Shown here: one piece after another, positions 47,825 through 57,700 of the stretch
How positions within the stretch are numbered: the first letter of the stretch is position 1
Layout of the letters: each line of letters begins with the position of its first letter
NCBI GenBank assembly: GCA_025774555.1
Contig: JALGVT010000006.1
Location: 46,158-110,157 of the forward strand
Reading direction: 5' to 3'
From: a candidate division LCP-89 bacterium
Lineage (GTDB): Bacteria; Electryoneota; B3-LCP
DNA length: 64,000 bases
Notes under the pieces: generated by a model
Seen by the model: only the letters and a program-made list of their open reading frames with translations
Databases searched by the model: none
What the model was told of the DNA's origin: nothing
Position numbers and translations under genes: made by a program

Positions 47825-49726
47825 ATGAATTTCCGATATTTATTGCTTATTCTTGTATTCTGCTCCTTTGCCCAAGCTGAAACCTACCTTTCACCTCTCG
47901 ACTTCGGCTTGTCCCTGATGGAACACGGGATGGTCGATTACTGCAACACGCCAGACAATATCCAATGCGGCAACTACAACAGCGACTGCTATCCAGATAT
48001 TGCTCGTTTTAACGGCAATAAGCTGGAGATTTTCCTCTTCATGGGAAAAGGCTATACGCCTGAACCGCAGCAATCCCGCATCTTCATGCAACCAATAAAA
48101 TCTCTCACTTTCGATGACAATATCTGGGATAGCATTGATAATTTAGTGGTGACCTTTGAGGATAACTCTGAGAAAACATTCTGCCATAATGGTGGATGTC
48201 TGGACCTGAGCGGCACACCTAAAAGCCAGTCAAAACCCGAAATCCCCCGCCGCGTAAGCGAAGCGGATTTCGAGATAGTTTGGGAGAGCGAACCGCGACC
48301 CTATGGGATGGATCGTTGCGCAGTTGGTGATTTGGATAATGATGGGATTAATGAACTGGTGACTTGGTGGAAAGAGGAATATTATAGCCTTGATGCCTGG
48401 ATTCTCATTTATAAGAGTATCGGAGATGATGAATATGAACTTTTCATGGAAGAACCCTTCTACACTATTGAAGCACCCCATCCTATTCTCTCCCAATTAT
48501 TGATTACTGACCTTGATCAGAATGGACAAAAAGAGCTCATTTACACAAGAGAATACACCTATATCTGGGAGTTCTCAGCGCCGGGCGAATATATTCCCTG
48601 GAATTGCAGTATTCATTTCTCTCGCGCCGTAGTCGATGTAGAGGTATGTGATGTGGACCAGGACAACATTCTAGAACTGGCTTTTGTCACTTCGAATTAC
48701 GAATTGACTCCCCCCACCATGTACCAAGTTGAAGAATTTTCAAATAAAAGTCCCTACCCCTGGCACTCCTATGGTTTTACCCCTATATGGTCAACTTGGC
48801 AGGATTGGGTAGATAATCGTTTAGCCGTAGGCGATTTTGATAATGATGGGGCGGTTGATATTGTATCAGGGAATTTTGGCTCTGTTGGGAGTTATGATCC
48901 AATAGATATTCAGTTTTTCCGCTATGACAGCGCAGGACCACCATATTTTCAACAGCAATGGCTGCATACGGGACTCCCCTTATCCTGCGCCACACCGGTT
49001 ATCGCAGATATGGATATGGTTATTGATGGAGAAAATGAGCTCTTCGCCGCTGGACTATTCCCCAATGGCGGGTCAGCATTTATCTGGGAATCCACAGGGT
49101 TTGGCACTGGTTATGCTTCCTGGCAGGATACCACCAATTTAATTTACGGTCCTCATGAATCAGTATTAGGGATTATTGATGATACTCCTTCTATAATGAC
49201 AACAGTTATTTATTTCCAAAATCAGAATAATACACTGCTTCGTCTGTTTGGATTAGAAAATTCTCATTATCGATGTCTATGGCGAAGCGCTTCATTAGAT
49301 AGCGTGGCATATTACAATTCTCTGTTTATAGATATTGATCAAGATGGCAAAGACAACTTTATAACTGGCTCATGGGTGTACGATTTCATGACTCCTAATA
49401 AAATTTTCGACTGGGAGCAAACGTCATCGGGAGTATTTATAAATCCGGGTTATACCAAAGTTCATTCCTTCACACTTCACCGAAACTATCCCAATCCTTT
49501 TAATAGTTCGACGGTCATTCCGTTTGAATTATCCAAGCCTTCTGATATTCGATTATCCATTTACGATATTTACGGGAGAATAGTCCATGAACACAGGGAA
49601 AATAACTTAGCGCCCGGGCATTATTCGGTCGATTGGCGAGCTTCAGACTTATCGTCCGGTATATATATTATTAAACTGATAGCAAAGGGTGAAAAGCAGA
49701 TCATAAAGGGGGTGTTGATGAAATGA
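47825..49726 (+). CDS. Secreted FG-GAP/VCBS repeat protein with C-terminal sorting domain
   Basis: GDLDNDGINEL, DLDQNGQKEL, GDFDNDGAVDI repeats; YPNPFNS..LSSGIYIIKL. Confidence 0.88.
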   Translation: MNFRYLLLILVFCSFAQAETYLSPLDFGLSLMEHGMVDYCNTPDNIQCGNYNSDCYPDIARFNGNKLEIFLFMGKGYTPEPQQSRIFMQPIKSLTFDDNIWDSIDNLVVTFEDNSEKTFCHNGGCLDLSGTPKSQSKPEIPRRVSEADFEIVWESEPRPYGMDRCAVGDLDNDGINELVTWWKEEYYSLDAWILIYKSIGDDEYELFMEEPFYTIEAPHPILSQLLITDLDQNGQKELIYTREYTYIWEFSAPGEYIPWNCSIHFSRAVVDVEVCDVDQDNILELAFVTSNYELTPPTMYQVEEFSNKSPYPWHSYGFTPIWSTWQDWVDNRLAVGDFDNDGAVDIVSGNFGSVGSYDPIDIQFFRYDSAGPPYFQQQWLHTGLPLSCATPVIADMDMVIDGENELFAAGLFPNGGSAFIWESTGFGTGYASWQDTTNLIYGPHESVLGIIDDTPSIMTTVIYFQNQNNTLLRLFGLENSHYRCLWRSASLDSVAYYNSLFIDIDQDGKDNFITGSWVYDFMTPNKIFDWEQTSSGVFINPGYTKVHSFTLHRNYPNPFNSSTVIPFELSKPSDIRLSIYDIYGRIVHEHRENNLAPGHYSVDWRASDLSSGIYIIKLIAKGEKQIIKGVLMK

Positions 49727-49737
49727 CACACAGAGTG

Positions 49738-50260
49738 TGTCATCCCCCGACTTGTCGGGGGATCCAGAAAATGTCGGCGTCGGGGACGACCACCGACTAC
49801 GGAGATGTAGGTGCATGGCGGTGCGCCCTTTTTTTGCCCCTTTCTTTTTCAAGGGGGGAGTAAGGGGGGATCTGTTTTTAAGGAATCTGGTGGACTGCTC
49901 CGAAGGAGTGCCTTCGGCACGCTTCGGCTTCGCCTGCACTTAGTCTACCCTACATTTACTGGGAAAAATGCAACGATCATGAAGATATTCATACAGACCC
50001 TGATAGCGACTGCACTGCTGGTGTGTGGCCGGGACAGCTTCACCCGAAGGGTGCCGACGCACAGTCGGGATGTCCCGGATGATTACGTGGTTCGCACATA
50101 ACAAATAACCAACAAATCTCTTGATTTCCAATTTGTATTGTTGTATATTGTATATAGCAACCCTTAATATACACCAAATCAAATCCGCGCAATCCATTTA
50201 AATCCGCGTCATCCGTGATCTTTTTTACCAGCAACCAGCAACCAGCAACCAGCAACTAAA
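49738..50260. repeat. Composite field of short repeats
   Basis: TGTCATCCCCCGACTTGTCGGGGGATCCA, CCCCTTT..AAGGGGGG, copy 2 of the 65 bp repeat (50020-50086), ATCCGCG repeats (50181-50217) and (ACCAGCA)x4 (50227-50254). Confidence 0.75.
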
Positions 50261-50476
50261 TATTTCTTGACAACCGACAAATTTGTCAACCCCGACAAAA
50301 ATGTCGGACACCTTAATTCGTATAATAACAATTAAATAACAATGAAAAACGACAAATATGGCGAAAATACAAATCCCCCGCACGAACCTGTCGAAATCTG
50401 TCGCTTTTGTGCGGGGCAGGTTTAAAAATCAAACATCATCTCCGTCGAATTTGTCACCCGCCCAGAGTGTAAAAAA

Positions 50477-50609
50477 AGGAGCTGTCCAAAAAGTCCATTT
50501 ATTGTCACGCGAACGAAGTGTGGCGATCTTATGGTTTTGTAAAACAGGAGATTGCCACGTCTCTACGTTCCTCGCAATGACTCAATATTCCTCTTTTGGG
50601 ACAGCCCCT
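50477..50609. mobile_element. MITE-like element, copy 2
   Basis: AGGAGCTGTCCAAAAAG...CTTTTGGGACAGCCCCT; interior ACAGGAGATTGCCACGTC..TCGCAATGACTCAATATTC shared with copy 1. Confidence 0.75.
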
Positions 50610-50637
50610 TTATTTATACTAACATAATCTTATTGCG

Positions 50638-52023
50638 TTACAGTATGTACCTCGATAGATCCTCATCGTCGAGAATGCTGTCGAGGCTCTTTTTTACGTC
50701 ACTTCTCTTTATGGAAACCTCTTTAATACCCCGTTTGGGCAGCATGAAAAGAAGCTCTTCCAAGAGTGTCGTCATGACCGTGTGAAGTCGGCGGGCTCCT
50801 ATGTTTTCCATATTGCGGTTCACTTTATCTGCGATGGCGGCTATCTCCTTAATCGCATCTTTTGTGAAGGTGAGTTTTACGCCTTCCGCTTTCAGCAGTT
50901 CGGTGTACTGTTTTGCCAGCGCGTTGCGCGGTTCGGTCAGGATACGCACGAATTCCCTGGCGCTCAGTGAGTCAAGTTCCACGCGAATTGGGAATCGTCC
51001 CTGCAATTCGGGAATCAAATCCGACGGTTTGCTCGCATGGAAAGCTCCTGCGGCGACAAAGAGGATATGATCCGTTTTTACGATGCCGTATTTCGTAACG
51101 ACGCTGGTGCCCTCGATCACCGGCAGGATGTCTCGCTGCACACCCTCGCGGCTGACTTCAGGACCGCTGCCGCCATTCCCTACTATCTTATCGATTTCAT
51201 CGACGAATATAATTCCCAGATTCTCAGTGCGGTCAACTGCTTCCATGATTACCTTGTCCATGTCGATCAGCTTGGTAATTTCATCCTGCATGAGAATTTT
51301 TCGAGCTTCAGCAATGGTCGTTTTACGCTTTTTTTGCTTCTTGGGAACGATGCCTCCAAAGATGTCCTGGATATTCAAACCCATCTCTTCCATGCCGACC
51401 GGGCTGAATATCTGCATCATGCTGAAGCGATCTTCCGATACGTCCAATTCTATCATCTTCTCTTCGAGCAGTCCTTCTTCCAGCTTCGAGCGCATTTTAT
51501 CACGTGTTCTCTCACGTTTTTCACGGAGCTGCTTTCTGGCGTGAACTACAGCCGGAACGTTATCCGTTGGTGTTATATCATCATCCGGTTCGATTTCAGG
51601 GAGGGGCAGGAGCAGATCTATTATTTTTTCAGTCACTGCCGCTTTAGCTTGCGGCTGTACCGCGATGGCGGCATCCGCTTTCGCTTTGGATACAGCGATA
51701 TCGACGAGATCCCTGACCATGGATTCAACGTCTCTGCCGACATAACCTACTTCAGTAAATTTCGACGCTTCGATCTTTAAGAAAGGAGCATTTGCCAGAC
51801 CGGCTAATCTGCGTGCGATTTCCGTTTTACCCACGCCAGTGGGACCGATCATAATGATGTTGTTCGGCAGGATTTCATCCCGCAACTCTCCCTCCACCTG
51901 CTGACGCCGCCAGCGGTTTCTCAGAGCAATAGCAACGCACCGTTTGGCATTGCTCTGTCCAATAATATATTTATCCAGCTCTTTAACGATTTCTTTTGGC
52001 TTTAACGCTTCATTGTCTTTCAA
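50638..52023 (-). CDS. hslU: ATP-dependent protease ATPase subunit HslU
   Basis: ALRNRWRR, GPTGVGKTEIARR, GYVG, ELQGRFPIR. Confidence 0.98.
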   Translation of the reverse strand: MKDNEALKPKEIVKELDKYIIGQSNAKRCVAIALRNRWRRQQVEGELRDEILPNNIIMIGPTGVGKTEIARRLAGLANAPFLKIEASKFTEVGYVGRDVESMVRDLVDIAVSKAKADAAIAVQPQAKAAVTEKIIDLLLPLPEIEPDDDITPTDNVPAVVHARKQLREKRERTRDKMRSKLEEGLLEEKMIELDVSEDRFSMMQIFSPVGMEEMGLNIQDIFGGIVPKKQKKRKTTIAEARKILMQDEITKLIDMDKVIMEAVDRTENLGIIFVDEIDKIVGNGGSGPEVSREGVQRDILPVIEGTSVVTKYGIVKTDHILFVAAGAFHASKPSDLIPELQGRFPIRVELDSLSAREFVRILTEPRNALAKQYTELLKAEGVKLTFTKDAIKEIAAIADKVNRNMENIGARRLHTVMTTLLEELLFMLPKRGIKEVSIKRSDVKKSLDSILDDEDLSRYIL

Positions 52024-52024
52024 T

Positions 52025-52564
52025 TTATAGCTCCTCGACCGTGATTTGGTCGTTGGTGTAAATGCAAATAGTGGAAGCGATTAGCAGCGCTTCTCTGGCA
52101 ATCTCAATCGCCGACATCCTGGTATGCTTGATGAGGGATCGCGCGGCGCCCAGAGCTTCCGGCGCGCCGGAACCGATAGCTAAAATGCCGTCATCCGGTT
52201 CGACAACTTCGCCAGTACCGCTGATCATCAGAATTGTCTTTTTGCTTACCACGGCTAAGACTGCTTCAAGGTTGCGGAGATATTTATCAGTGCGCCACTC
52301 TTTCGCCAGTTCAACGGCGGCGCGCCGCAGGTCGTCGGGATGCGCCTCCAAATGTCCTTCGAATCTCTCGAAGAGCGCCAGCGCGTCCGCAACGGCGCCG
52401 GCGAAACCAGCTAGGACTTTCCCCTCCCCGAGACGCCTGATCTTCCTACCGGTATGTTTCAATATCACCTCGCCGTAGGTCAATTGACCGTCGCCGGCGA
52501 TGGCGGCTTTTCCCTTGTGGCGGATAGCCAGTATTGTTGTGCTTCGGAACTCTGGATTTTTCAT
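52025..52564 (-). CDS. hslV: ATP-dependent protease subunit HslV
   Basis: STTIL N-terminal Thr, [24 protein letters not shown]. Confidence 0.98.
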   Translation of the reverse strand: MKNPEFRSTTILAIRHKGKAAIAGDGQLTYGEVILKHTGRKIRRLGEGKVLAGFAGAVADALALFERFEGHLEAHPDDLRRAAVELAKEWRTDKYLRNLEAVLAVVSKKTILMISGTGEVVEPDDGILAIGSGAPEALGAARSLIKHTRMSAIEIAREALLIASTICIYTNDQITVEEL

Positions 52565-52588
52565 TTTTTCTCTCCCGGCAGCCGGGCG

Positions 52589-54493
52589 TTATTTCTCTGT
52601 TTTTTTCGATACCATCTTTAGCAGCTCCTCTTCGGAAAAATCCACGCTGGGATGAGGCGGAATTTCCCAGAAAGTTTTCTTCCTCACTGCTTTGCGCTGT
52701 TCATTCTTTTCCTTGATTTTACTCTGTACTTCGAGCACCTTCTCTATGTTCTCATTCTTGAGTAAATCAGCTTTTAATTCCTGTTCATCGCTGTCCAGCC
52801 TGCTTACAACAATATCCCACAGGCAGTCCTGAGCAACCTTAAAATCATCATAGCGGCGCATCGCTTTCGGATCGATGTCGGGATTGGTTAAGGATTCTGT
52901 CTGGGAAAGAGCGTAAGCGATGAAACTGGCGTCTTCTAAGGGTGCATCTTCATCTATTAACTCTTCTCCCTCCGGTTCTTCTCCCTCAATCCAGGCTTTT
53001 TCTATATGAGCGGCGATTCGCGCCAATCCCGGATGTTGGAAATCCTGTGAGGAAATCTCGGAGAAGGTCGGCTGACGAAGCTCTTTCCAGCGGATCAATG
53101 CTTCGATTAAAGCTCTCTCTTTAATGGGGTATTTCCCAAATGGGTCTTCCGAGAGCGTCTGCTCATCCGTTTGGCGCCGCGCTGAAAAACGCATCCGCCC
53201 CAGTTCACGCAGCAGCGTATCCGCCGCCACCCCGATCTGTTTTGCCGCATCTTGGGCAGTAATCTCCTTTTTAATGGGATCGGGTATAACCGCTAACGTA
53301 TCGAGCAGTTCACGCGCCACGGTAGCGCGTGAAGGAACGTCCATCAATCTGCCTTCGCTGCGGTAGAGATCAATTCTGTAGCTGATAAGATCGCCGGCGT
53401 TTTCCAGCAGCTCGCCAAAAGCACTTGCTCCCTCTTCACGGATGAAACTGTCCGGATCGTGTCCGCCCGGCAGTCCCACGGCTTTAGCATCCAATCCAGC
53501 TCCCAAAAGCACGTCTCCGCCACGCAGCGAGGCGTGCGAACCGGCGCTGTCGCCGTCGAAGACCAGAATAACGCGCTGGCAAAATCTCCTTAGAATCCGT
53601 GCCTGATCCACGGTTAGCGCGGTGCCTGAAGAAGCAACAGAGTGCGTGAATCCGCCTTCGTGAAGGCGCATTATGTCAGTATATCCTTCGACGATGACGC
53701 ATTCGCCTCTTTTTCTGATCTGCTCCCGCGCTAAATAGAGACCATATAAGATATAACTTTTATTGTATATCGGAGTTTGCTGGGTATTGATGTACTTTGC
53801 TTTTTCAGCATCCCCTTTTAAGGTTCTACCTCCGAATCCCACCGGTTTCCCGGACAGATTTAGAATAGGGAACATCAACCGTCCGCGAAAACGGTCGAAG
53901 GTACGGTTTTCACGGCTTTGTAATAAGCCTGCGTCGATATAGTCCTGAATGGGTGGACCGTTCTGACCAAGTTGTTTAATCCCCTTGATCAATCCGTCCC
54001 AGCGGTCGGGGGCATATCCAAGCTGGAAAGATTTGGCAAGATCCGGACTGATGCCGCGCTCTTCAAGATAACCGCGCGCTTTATCGAATTCTTCGCCTTT
54101 GCCTTCCCACAGGCAGCGGCTGAAGAAATTGCCGGCAAATTCATTGGCACGGTAAAGAGCATCGAATTTATCTGTATGCTCAGGAGCCTGTTTATCTTCT
54201 GGAATTTCAATGCCGACTCGCTGCGCTAACTCTCGCGCCGCTTCAGTAAAACTCAGTTTATCATGCTCCATCAGGAAGGTGAAAGCGTTACCGCCGGCGC
54301 CACAGCCAAAGCAGTGAAAGATGTTTTTCCCCGGATGGACGGAAAACGAAGGCGTTTTCTCCGGATGAAAGGGGCAGAGACCGAAGTAGTTGCCGCCTTT
54401 TCTCTCGAGTTTGACGTAGCCGGATATCAAATCGACGATGTCTGTAGATTCGCGGATGCGGTCGATAATGTCCTGTGGTATGCGTCCCGCCAT
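52589..54493 (-). CDS. dnaG: DNA primase
   Basis: CPFH..EKTPSF..HCFGC zinc finger, DRFRGR, KYIN, VEGYTD, FDGDSAG, DPD. Confidence 0.98.
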   Translation of the reverse strand: MAGRIPQDIIDRIRESTDIVDLISGYVKLERKGGNYFGLCPFHPEKTPSFSVHPGKNIFHCFGCGAGGNAFTFLMEHDKLSFTEAARELAQRVGIEIPEDKQAPEHTDKFDALYRANEFAGNFFSRCLWEGKGEEFDKARGYLEERGISPDLAKSFQLGYAPDRWDGLIKGIKQLGQNGPPIQDYIDAGLLQSRENRTFDRFRGRLMFPILNLSGKPVGFGGRTLKGDAEKAKYINTQQTPIYNKSYILYGLYLAREQIRKRGECVIVEGYTDIMRLHEGGFTHSVASSGTALTVDQARILRRFCQRVILVFDGDSAGSHASLRGGDVLLGAGLDAKAVGLPGGHDPDSFIREEGASAFGELLENAGDLISYRIDLYRSEGRLMDVPSRATVARELLDTLAVIPDPIKKEITAQDAAKQIGVAADTLLRELGRMRFSARRQTDEQTLSEDPFGKYPIKERALIEALIRWKELRQPTFSEISSQDFQHPGLARIAAHIEKAWIEGEEPEGEELIDEDAPLEDASFIAYALSQTESLTNPDIDPKAMRRYDDFKVAQDCLWDIVVSRLDSDEQELKADLLKNENIEKVLEVQSKIKEKNEQRKAVRKKTFWEIPPHPSVDFSEEELLKMVSKKTEK

Positions 54494-54743
54494 AAGATTC
54501 CTGCTGCATGAATAATAACTGTCATAAGATAGGCTATTGTAAAGCGGAAATCAACTGAAATTTTTTGCATAGGCTATTGAAAAAAAGGTCGCTTTCTGAT
54601 TGGCGCCAGCAGCTTTCAGTGTCGTATATTTCATGAAAATTTCGTTATTTTAAAAAATGCTTGATATTGCCAATAATTTTGACTATCTTATAATAATCTG
54701 AGAACTTACAAAAAACAAAGATAGAACACAATGTGGAGTTGAC

Positions 54744-57700
54744 ATGAAACGCATAACTTTAGTGATGACAGCAGTTATGATCCCTTTCTTGCTGTCTGCC
54801 TTTAGCGCTTCCGCCGAAAGCATCAGCTTTGAAGGAAACTGGGGCAACGATGGCTTTAATCTGGTTCAGCAAGACAGATCCGGTGTTGAACTGGTTTTCT
54901 CGGTGAGCGAAATGAGTTTAACTGAGTTGATGGTCAATGGAGAAAGGTGCTTCTATGTCAACCTTCCCGGTATGTTTCTGCCTGGAGAAGCTGGCGCGCC
55001 TAATCTCCCCGGGACTGCGCGGTATATCGCCGTTCCTCAGGGAGCACAGGTTGAATTGGAGGTATTGGAGCTTCGCACCGAAGTATTCCATGACATTGAC
55101 ATAGCGCCTGCTTTTGAGATTCCCTGGGATACTGATAAATCGCCTTTGGTCATTGAGAAAAATATAGAAATCTATAATACCAACGCTGACTATCCATCGG
55201 AACCAATTGCAGTTGGCGAACTGAAGAAGATGCGCGGCGTTGACGTGGTCACGCTGGGGGTTACACCCTTTCAATATAATCCGGTTACCCGCGATCTTAC
55301 GGTCTATGTTGACATCAGGCTGCGCGTGCGTTTCTTCGGCGGGGGACAATTTGGCGAGGATAGACTGCGTAACCGTTTCTGGGAACCGGTGATCAAACAG
55401 CATGTGCTCAACTGTGCGTCTTTGCCCGAAGTTAATTTCAATCCTGTCAGACAGACGGATGAAGATATAAACGTGGAATACCTGATAATCGTTCCCGATG
55501 ATCCCGCCTTTATTTCCTGGGCTGATTCCTTGAAAAGGTGGCGCAATGAACAGGGAATACTGACGGGCGTCGTCACCATAGACGACATTGGCGGGAATGA
55601 CGCGGGACTGATTGAAAACTATATTGACAATGCTTATTTTACCTGGGACATACCGCCGGTGGCGGTTCTGCTTCTGTCCGATTATCAGAGTACAGGCGAT
55701 ATGTATGGCATCGATGCGCCTATCTATGACGATTACTGCGTATCCGATAATATGTACGCAGACATCGGCGGCGATTACCTGCCCGACCTGTATGTGGGCA
55801 GGATCACCGCTCAAGATGAGAACGATCTGGCTTCGATGATAGGAAAAATGCTTGATTACGAGCGCAATCCTTACACGGATCCCGGTTTCTATGACGAGCC
55901 CTGCGTAGCCGGTGGATGGCAGAATGACCGTTGGTTTATCCTCTGCGCGGACATTCTGTGGGGATATTTCCATTATGCGGAAGGGAAAAATCCAGTGCGT
56001 GAATACGCTGGCGCTGCAGGACCTCCCGATGTCTGGTCAACCAATCCAAATACCTGGATGATAGTTGAGGCTTTCGGTCCGAGCGGTTTGGGGTATATCC
56101 CGGAGACGCCCTCACACCTGACGGATTGGGGCGGCAATGCGACCCGGATCAATGACGACCTTAATTCCGGTGCCTTCCTCATAGTCCATCGCGACCACGG
56201 TGAAGTCAACGGCTGGTCTTCCCCCGCATATCACAACTCGGACCTTGCCGATCTCAGCAATGATATGTATCCCTATGTCTTCTCTATCAACTGCTTAACG
56301 GGAAAGTATAACGCCGATATAGAGAGCTTCGCAGAGGCTTTCCACAGAATGGAGTATGGCGCTGTCGGAGTCATGGCGGCATCGGAAGTATCGTATTCAT
56401 TCGTGAACGATACGTTTGTTTGGGGCGTATGGGACAGCATGTGGCCCAATTTTATGCCAGACTATGGACCGAGCTTTCAACCGGAAGCCGACTGCAGACC
56501 CGCATTCGGTAATGTAAACGGCAAATACTTCCTCGAATTCTCAAATTGGCCCTACAACCCAGACAGCAAGGAAGTAACCTATAATCTCTTTCACCATCAC
56601 GGTGACGTTTTCCTGACTCTGTATTCAGAAATGCCGGAGGATTTAGCTGTAACTCACCCCGATTCGATTTTAGCCGGAGCAACCGAAATCTCCGTTACTG
56701 CTGAGGTGGGTTCCTTTATCGGTCTGAGTCTTGATGGCGAATATATCGGATCAGCGGAAGGCGCCGGATCGCCGGTAACGATCCTCATGCCGCCGCCGGT
56801 GCCGGGAACTCCGTTGCGGCTTACTGTCACCAAGGCAAACTGCAACCGTTATATCGCCGATATCCCGGTTGTCGCTGTCAATACAGCTTATGTCGCTTTC
56901 AACGACTGCGATATCAACGATGCCGTGTCAGGGAATAACAACGGTCAGTGGGATTTCAACGAGACAATCGACCTTTCGATTGAAATGAAGAATTTTGGAA
57001 CGCTTCCGGCGACCGCGGTGGACGTAACTCTGACTTCAAGCGACCCGCTTGTGAGCATCATTGACGGCTCGGAATTCTATGGCGATTTCAATGCAGGTGA
57101 TTCGATAACCGTGATTGACGGCTTCCAGGTGCAGTCGGACGTTTCAACTCCAGATGAACATGAGGTGGAATTCACCATCCAGGCAGTATCGGGCGGGGAC
57201 GTTTGGGAATCTTATTTTGAACTGATTGTGAACTCACCTGTGCTGGAGCTTTTCGAATATGAGATCGAGGACCCATTTGGAAACAACAACGGTCTGCTCG
57301 ACCCTGGTGAAACGATTGATCTTCTGCTCACCATCGAAAATTCAGGTCACTATCTCGCTGAGAACGTCGAAATGGTTCTGACTACAAACGAGCCGCTGGT
57401 TTCGATAACCGGCAATCCCGGTATATATGGTAATATGCCGCCCGGAGCAACGGAAACTATGACTTACGTGGTCACCGCGGATCCTGCTATCTTTCCCAAT
57501 ACGTCGGTTCTATTCAATATGGACATGACCGCGCTGTATGGATTCACGATGACCGACACTTTCGGAGTTTGGATTGGCAGTTTGCAAAATCTCCCGGTCG
57601 GTCCTGATAATTACGGGTACTATGCCTGGGATGATCAGGATGGGGGAGAGAGTCATCCATTCAACTGGACTGAAATAGCTCCCGCCGTGGGAGGAGCTGG

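Noticed and set aside
49649-50627. Short ORFs in the repeat field (49649-49939, 49811-50101, 50040-50255, 50358-50627)
   Set aside because: They are translations of palindromic and heptamer repeats (e.g. PLTPPLKKKG, LVAGCWLLV), with no RBS or domain support.
54918-55973. 351 aa minus-strand ORF
   Set aside because: Entirely antisense to the C25 peptidase; typical shadow ORF. The same applies to 51037-51780, 15922-16590 and 33013-33640.
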